NCBI GenBank assembly: GCA_043228905.1
Contig: JBHGNT010001011.1
Coordinates: forward strand, 1-12,946
Length of the DNA stretch: 12,946 nt
Direction: 5' to 3'
Source of the DNA: Azolla caroliniana
Lineage: Eukaryota; Plantae; Polypodiophyta
The notes under the pieces were generated by a model that had not been told where the DNA came from, did not search any database, and saw nothing but the letters and a program-made list of their open reading frames with translations. Each line of letters begins with the position of its first letter. Position 1 is the first letter of the stretch. The position numbers and the translations under genes are program-made. Shown in pieces: positions 7,801-12,946 of the stretch.

Positions 7801-9639
7801 ATGGGGTCTAATGATGATTATGCTTCAGCCAGGGCTTATTTTGATAGACCATGGACATTTTCAGGTGATGCATATCCATTTCCAGTCAAAGAGATTCTTG
7901 CTATTTGTTTCTAGAAACTGATGATGTCCTCTTTTGTACACCAGTTTAATTGCATAAGTTTAGGTTTTACAGTGGGAGCAGTGGCTGCCATTTGTTTGCA
8001 AAGAGATTATTTGGCATCTACACTTTTCTGCCTTGCTCTCAACCATAAGCAGGTATGACATGAGTATTACACTGACAGAGTTTTTGCATAAGTTTCTATA
8101 TTTGTCTGATAATGATGCTCCCTTACGGTCGTAGATGAGTGCTTATTATGCTCCTGCATTCTTCGCTTACTTACTGGGAAAATCCCTACGCGAGCCTTAC
8201 CCGTTCCTTAAAATCTTCAAGCTTGGGGCGGTGGTTATTTTCACATTTGTATGTTGTTGGTGGCCATTTCTTTACACAAGGGAAGCGGCATTTGAGGTGA
8301 GTGTTTGATATTTGAAGATGGCTTATGCTATTTTGAGTGCCAATTATAGGTTGTTCCAATGTGAAGACTCCACAATTCCCTAATTCTCTTTTATTTTCTC
8401 AAATGACCATGAGTTTTCTTATTCCTCAAATGCCTTTCATTGACCCCCCCAAAAAAGAAAAAGAGAAATAGAAGATGAATCGACGACATCGTTGGTGAAA
8501 CATCATATATAATGGAGAAAAAGGGCATTCAGATGCTATAAAAGATGGCTTATGCTATTTTGAGTGCCGATTATAGGTTGTTCCAAGGGGAAAACTCCAC
8601 AATTTCCTGAATATTATTTTCTTTTCTCAAATGTCCATGAGCTCTCTTATTCCTCAAATGCCTTTCCTTGATCCCTGAGAAAGAGAAATACAAATAGAAA
8701 TCGACAATATCATTGGTCAAATAGCATATATCAAGAGTATTTGGGGAAATAATGAAAAGTCAGGGAGCATTTGGTAAAATAAGTGAAAACCTACAGCTAT
8801 TTCAGAGTTCCCCCTCCTAATATCATTGTGGATACAGGTATTATCTCGGTTGGCACCATTGCAGCGAGGGATCTTTGAGGACTATGTGGCTAACTTTTGG
8901 TGTGCAACATCATTGTTTATCAAGTGGAAGCTTATATTCTCTGCAACATTGTTAGCTCGTCTTGCAGTTGTGGCAACATTAACTGCATTCATACCTTCAG
9001 TAATCCAACAGATAAAAGCTCCTAGCTACCATGGCTTTCTCCTTGCCATGTTTAATTCTTCTCTTGCATTTTATCTCTTCTCATATCAAGGTATGTTTTG
9101 GAAATAGAAATCAAGTTATTTGGTAATTGAGAAGCATGTCATGTCTGGATCTTGATGACAAATACAAACTTGCTGATGCTGCAGTTCATGAGAAATCAAT
9201 TTTGCTGCCTATGCTTCCTGCAAGCCTTCTTCTATTGGAGGATCATTTGCTTTACAAAGGGGTATTTTTGTGTGCAATGTTCTCTATGTTCCCGCTACTT
9301 CGTAGAGATGGATTAGTGATACCATATTTTGCATTATTTGTTCTTTATCTCTTGATGTTTGAGGTCACTTCTCCAGCCAAAACTGTATCAAATACGAAAG
9401 AGATGAATTTGAAGTTCCCACTCAGCCTTCTGAATAAGGGGCTTCTTATCATTGGTTCAGTGTTGGTCTTGGGTTATCTAATTTTGCATCCTCCAGCAAG
9501 GTATCCTTTCCTATTTGAGGCTTTAATATCTGCCCTAGTGTTTATTTTCCTCATTATTCTTGCTATTTATTCAAATTTAAAGCAATGGTCATCATCTTTT
9601 AGTAATCGAGATCTCGTTGGCAAGAAAAAATTCCATTAA
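4720..9639 (+). CDS. ALG6: Dolichyl pyrophosphate Man9GlcNAc2 alpha-1,3-glucosyltransferase (ALG6/ALG8 family, ALG6 type); 7 exons, 499 aa
   Basis: Exons 4720-4825, 5722-5962, 7690-7864, 7945-8052, 8135-8296, 8838-9090 and 9185-9639 splice in frame (1500 nt). ALG6 motifs: [126 protein letters not shown] sits in a GCCATGGC context. The protein ends in KKKFH (KKxx ER retrieval signal). Confidence 0.96.
4835..4854 (+). repeat. (TC)10 microsatellite at the start of intron 1
   Basis: Read directly; begins 9 nt into the intron. Confidence 0.95.
4945..5721. repeat. Degenerate tandem array of about 60 bp filling ALG6 intron 1
   Basis: GAAAC..CAGATTTC-like motif at 4950, 5006, 5084, 5144, 5281 and 5437; TACAGA motif at 5510, 5568, 5629 and 5692; 5628-5653 matches 5691-5716 at 24/26. 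Confidence 0.7.
5722..5962 (+). CDS. ALG6: ALG6 exon 2 ([24 protein letters not shown])
   Basis: Acceptor tttgaag| at 5721 and donor AG|GTATGT at 5963; conserved luminal catalytic-loop motifs. Confidence 0.95.
6198..6272. repeat. 21-bp minisatellite, about 3.5 copies (AACATTACAGGACATTGTAGT)
   Basis: Units at 6198, 6219 and 6240, partial unit at 6261; one mismatch in the first unit. Confidence 0.95.
6280..6813. repeat. Tandem duplication in ALG6 intron 2 (copies 6280-6562 and 6563-6813)
   Basis: Both copies start CATAATGTCTATA and end AGAAAATAGAAGTTTAGTG. Copy 1 is 32 nt longer owing to an internal duplicate (6387-6422 vs 6447-6482). Confidence 0.95.
7296..7689. repeat. About 194-bp tandem duplication at the 3' end of ALG6 intron 2
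   Basis: Shared blocks TTCAATCCTAATAG, TCTGATGGAAA, AACCCCAAAATT, ATTTGCATTCAA and TTATGATAAT; copies start near 7296 and 7490. Confidence 0.9.
7690..7864 (+). CDS. ALG6: ALG6 exon 3 ([12 protein letters not shown]...DHGHFQ)
   Basis: Acceptor ttgtag| at 7689, phase 2 (AG+C = Ser); donor CAG|GTGATG at 7865. Confidence 0.95.
7945..8052 (+). CDS. ALG6: ALG6 exon 4 ([12 protein letters not shown]...LALNHKQ)
   Basis: Acceptor accag| at 7944 and donor CAG|GTATGA at 8053; 36 codons, absent from the ORF track. Confidence 0.95.
8135..8296 (+). CDS. ALG6: ALG6 exon 5 ([16 protein letters not shown]...WWPFL...FE)
   Basis: Acceptor cgtag| at 8134 and donor GAG|GTGAGT at 8297; 54 codons, absent from the ORF track. 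Confidence 0.95.
8315..8736. repeat. About 227-bp-period tandem duplication in ALG6 intron 5
   Basis: AAGATGGCTTATGCTATTTTGAGTGCC at 8315 and 8542, followed by collinear ACTCCACAATT and TCTTATTCCTCAAATGCCTTTC blocks. Confidence 0.95.
8838..9090 (+). CDS. ALG6: ALG6 exon 6 ([22 protein letters not shown]...FSYQ)
   Basis: Acceptor tacag| at 8837 and donor AAG|GTATGT at 9091, phase 1. Confidence 0.95.
9185..9639 (+). CDS. ALG6: ALG6 exon 7 (VHEKSILLP...KKKFH stop)
   Basis: Acceptor tgcag| at 9184; G+TT restores [10 protein letters not shown]; TAA at 9637-9639. Confidence 0.95.
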
Positions 9640-9957
9640 GTTGTGCTTTACAATGAATGAAAATCTTCCCAACAATTTTGTAAATGTAAACTCATGCGCC
9701 AATCCTGGGATCATGATAACCTTTTTCAAGCCAAAAATTAAGAGTTGTATCTTGAAGTGAAATGCTCCATTTTGTAGGTGTTTGGATTTATTTATTCTCA
9801 TCTAATAAAAATAGCTCTAAAAGGCCACTTCACTGGTTTTAGTATGCTGATTTGTTAAAAAGAAAATTCTAGTGGAATATCTGTGAAAAGACAGTGACAT
9901 GGAGGAGATGAGAATAGATGACATTCAGGTGTGTGTTGGTTTCTCTTCCACAATGGA

Positions 9958-10182
9958 AAAACATTTCTGGGAAGAGCTTAGTACTTCAGCCAATGAAAGA
10001 TGCTACCATTCAGATGTGCAAGTTTCTTCTGAAAAATAACATTTATGGGAAGAGCGTGATACTTGAGCCACATTTCATGCTTATTGATAAAAGAAAAGCA
10101 TACCTGGACAGAAAACATTTATGAGAAAAGCTTGATAGCTGAGTCATGCCTTATATTTGGATAAAAGAACATACCTGTGCAG
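9958..10182. repeat. Degenerate tandem repeat of about 77 bp, 3 copies, downstream of the ALG6 stop
   Basis: AACATTT.TG.GAA.AGC...TA..T.AG.CA at 9960, 10038 and 10114; GATAAAAGAA..CATACCTG occurs twice. Confidence 0.8.
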
Positions 10183-11424
10183 CGTAAGTCTTGTATTTGG
10201 CATAAGCGGCAAAGAAATTGCAATGCTTTGCTAAAAGGGAAAATTACTAAAATATGTTTATGTGAAAATTCAAGTATGCTTGCTATTTTTTAAATTGACT
10301 TATGTACGATTGGTCAAAGTATAACTAGAAGTCAAATGAAAATAGTTAAAACCTCTCTGGAATCACAGTGTTATCTGGCTCCTGTAATAATAAGGGTTTC
10401 AACAATCATAGTGATGTGAAAAAAAGTTGGCTGTAAAAAATATCTCACATATATGGTAATACTAACTTGAGTAGTGTATGGTCTATCAAGACAATGGTGA
10501 AATATATAACTTCTATTGTTTGTGGTAATGGAACAACATTGTTGAAAAATGCTCAATGGATATGATGATTGCATTTAAGTGCATTGATTGCAATATTATT
10601 TATGAACTGAATCATCTATGACCATCAAGAAAGCCATGCATTCCACAACAAAGAATGTCATAAACATATTCCTTGTTATTGATGCCAACCCCAATTGTTT
10701 TTGTTCAACAGCCATATACTTTAAAGGTTGTGGTATTTGTTCTACTTGCATCAAAATTTTCACACCATTATTATTTCAACTTGGAACTAGGAAACATTGA
10801 TTTATACTTGGTGTCTCTCATATAATAGATTATTCAAATAGACATGTAGGTTGATAACCATGCATTGGTGATAGTTGGGTTGAGAGATCATTGATGATGG
10901 AGGGCAAGCATAAACAAGAGAATGTTGGTGACGATGAAGTTTGGCCAATGAGCAAAGGTGAGATTAATGGATGGCATAGATATGGATAAAGGTAATATAA
11001 CATGTGTCCTAATAAACAAGGTTTGAGTTGGTCATTACAATTGCAATTAGGATTGAAGATACAACATTTTAGGATTGGAAAAATATGGTTTTTGTTATAG
11101 AACTAATTTTCCACATAACTAAGATCATGGGATACTAATATTACTAATAAATTCCAAATAATTGAAATCATGGTATAAGAAAAAACTTTATTCTTATTAA
11201 AAACATAATAGAAATGATTGAAATCATGGCATACAAAATACTATAAAAATATTGACAATATGTCTTGGGATCTATTTAAATTATGCAATTAGTGTCAATG
11301 AAAGTGAGACAAAAGGATGGAGGTCCATTGCCAATTAGTTTGGACTTACTCCCAAATACATTTATTAGCTTGAGCATTAAAGAGAGGCATGCATATATCA
11401 AGTAAACTAGTTGAAGCCCAATGA

Positions 11425-11700
11425 TATGTTTTGGTTCACATTGTTAATTTATCGAGGCATAGCAACATGTTTTTATGCACATGAAGGCATATATGACATA
11501 TTTTGGTGCATGTAATTAGATGGCTAAGGCATAACCATTGTGTTGATGTACATAATTAATTGATCTAGTCATAATGACATTTTTTTGTGCATGTAATTAA
11601 ATGTCTAAGGCATACCACCATGTTGTGAGGAACGTAGTTAACTAATAGAACCATAGTGACATGTTTCAATGCATGTGATTGATTGGTTTGGGCTCAAGGA
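11425..11700. repeat. Degenerate minisatellite, about 41-bp monomer with an 81-82-bp dimer period
   Basis: (A/G)TGACAT..TT...TGCATGT.ATT at 11493, 11574 and 11656; CTAAGGCATA recurs at the half period. Confidence 0.75.
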
Positions 11701-11987
11701 CATAGTTTTAGTGCCTTCCGCCTAGAGTATTAAATTCTTTGAAAAGACTAAGTTGTTGAGAAAGTACATTATTTTCAATATTAAAGCTTACATTTGTGAA
11801 CAAATTGTATGAGAAAAGATGAGTTTAAAGTTTAAACATCAAACTCATGCCAAGTAGAAGCTAGAAAAATGCAAGAAACAAAATAGCATTATAAAACCAG
11901 AAACTATTTTAGCTTTGACATTTAAACCTTCAACCCTGACGGTACCTATTTTGTGAAATGAGATATCTAATTTGATACAAAAGTTTT

Positions 11988-12060
11988 TTTTTTTCCAAAA
12001 AAAAACTCCTTCCATTAGTTATAAAATTTTACAAATGAGATGATTATGTACATATCCCTG
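11988..12060 (-). mobile_element. 73-bp extremely 5'-truncated LINE insertion (3' end plus poly(A)), same family as 629-2300
   Basis: 11995-12060 matches 648-713 at 59/66 nt without gaps. A poly(T) run on + corresponds to the poly(A) tail. The insert is flanked by the direct repeat TTTGATACAAAAGTTTT at 11971-11987 and 12061-12077. Confidence 0.9.
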
Positions 12061-12946
12061 TTTGATACAAAAGTTTTAAGTTTGCATCTCGAAAGTTTGG
12101 CTTTATATTAGAGAATAAAAATTGAAGTATGTTCTAGGGAGATCTTAAATGAACATTGAATCAACATCTTGATCTTCAAAGTCAGATGTTCTTATGCAAA
12201 ACATCAACAATACTCTAGGGCCCAATGCTACTTTTAGATTCCATACAAATCTCATCGTCTTTGTATGCAATTCAAGGACAACGATAATCTTATGGTGGTC
12301 CAATTATTACCATGTTTGTAAATTTGCACTCATTTGTAATTTAAACAATGGAATCTCCTTCGCAAACATTGAATTTCAAGGCTAACTTGTAACAATATGT
12401 TCAAACAATGTTAATTTCGACACAATGGATATTCTTTTGTCCTAGAATGTTCTTTCAACAACTCTCTTATATGCATTGTTTTTTATGAAACAAGATCTAA
12501 TTAGGGGAACATGTAGCGTTGTATCTTGTGCTAGAAATAGTTTATTCGACCAAAAGGTAATAAAACTTCATTTAAACTCATGGAAATGATTGATAAACAC
12601 AAAACCCATTAGGTTTGACTCTATCACCTAAAGGGCGTACACATATTTAGTGTTGAAATAAAATATTTTGGTATCTTGGGACTTATATCACTTTTAAAAG
12701 AGGACATGTACCGAACTTTATGTTTTAAATAAGGTTAATTGTAGATGAAATTTTATCCCTTCCTTCCCTTAGACCATTGTAATGGGCAACACATTCTCTA
12801 GTAATGGGTGCATGGTGCGTGGGACCCTTTTACAATTGAATAGAAAAGTTTTTTCACTATTCTTCTAAAATCTCCATGCGCATTGTCGCATGGGATATTA
12901 ATAAATGTTATCATAACCTCTAACTAAAGCTACATGGATTTGGTTT

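Noticed and set aside
9127-9184. Upstream extension of the last-exon ORF; likewise 7529-7689 and 8826-8837
   Set aside because: These are intronic read-through. Homology and AG acceptors place the exon starts at 9185, 7690 and 8838.
11156-11233. 22-bp imperfect direct repeat AAAT.ATTGAAATCATGG.ATA, 56 bp apart
   Set aside because: It is a small local duplication in AT-rich DNA, with no element features between the copies.
10350-12500. Short ORFs in the 3' flank (10371-10574, 10618-10800, 12194-12385) and a faint minus-strand EGDS RNase H-like word near 12355
   Set aside because: There are no supporting motifs. The region is possibly very old TE debris but cannot be identified by eye.

Overview
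Eukaryotic, AT-rich land-plant genomic DNA; bryophyte-like is an inference from gene and retroelement style. The centre holds one complete, intact 7-exon gene on the + strand: the ER dolichyl-PP-Man9GlcNAc2 alpha-1,3-glucosyltransferase ALG6. Its CDS is join(4720-4825, 5722-5962, 7690-7864, 7945-8052, 8135-8296, 8838-9090, 9185-9639), 1500 nt and 499 aa, with a C-terminal KKKFH ER-retrieval motif. The first intron is a non-canonical GC-AG intron, and all three long introns are largely built from local tandem duplications. Upstream on the - strand lie a decayed, 5'-truncated L1-type LINE (about 629-2300, with A-rich tail) and a separate decayed reverse-transcriptase fragment that looks RTE-like (about 2520-3025). 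Downstream, a 73-bp copy of the same L1's extreme 3' end is inserted at 11988-12060, with a 17-bp target-site duplication at a TT/AAAA site. Several micro- and minisatellites are also present. I find no evidence for a new multi-gene system; the interesting signals are splicing, intron evolution and retrotransposition details.
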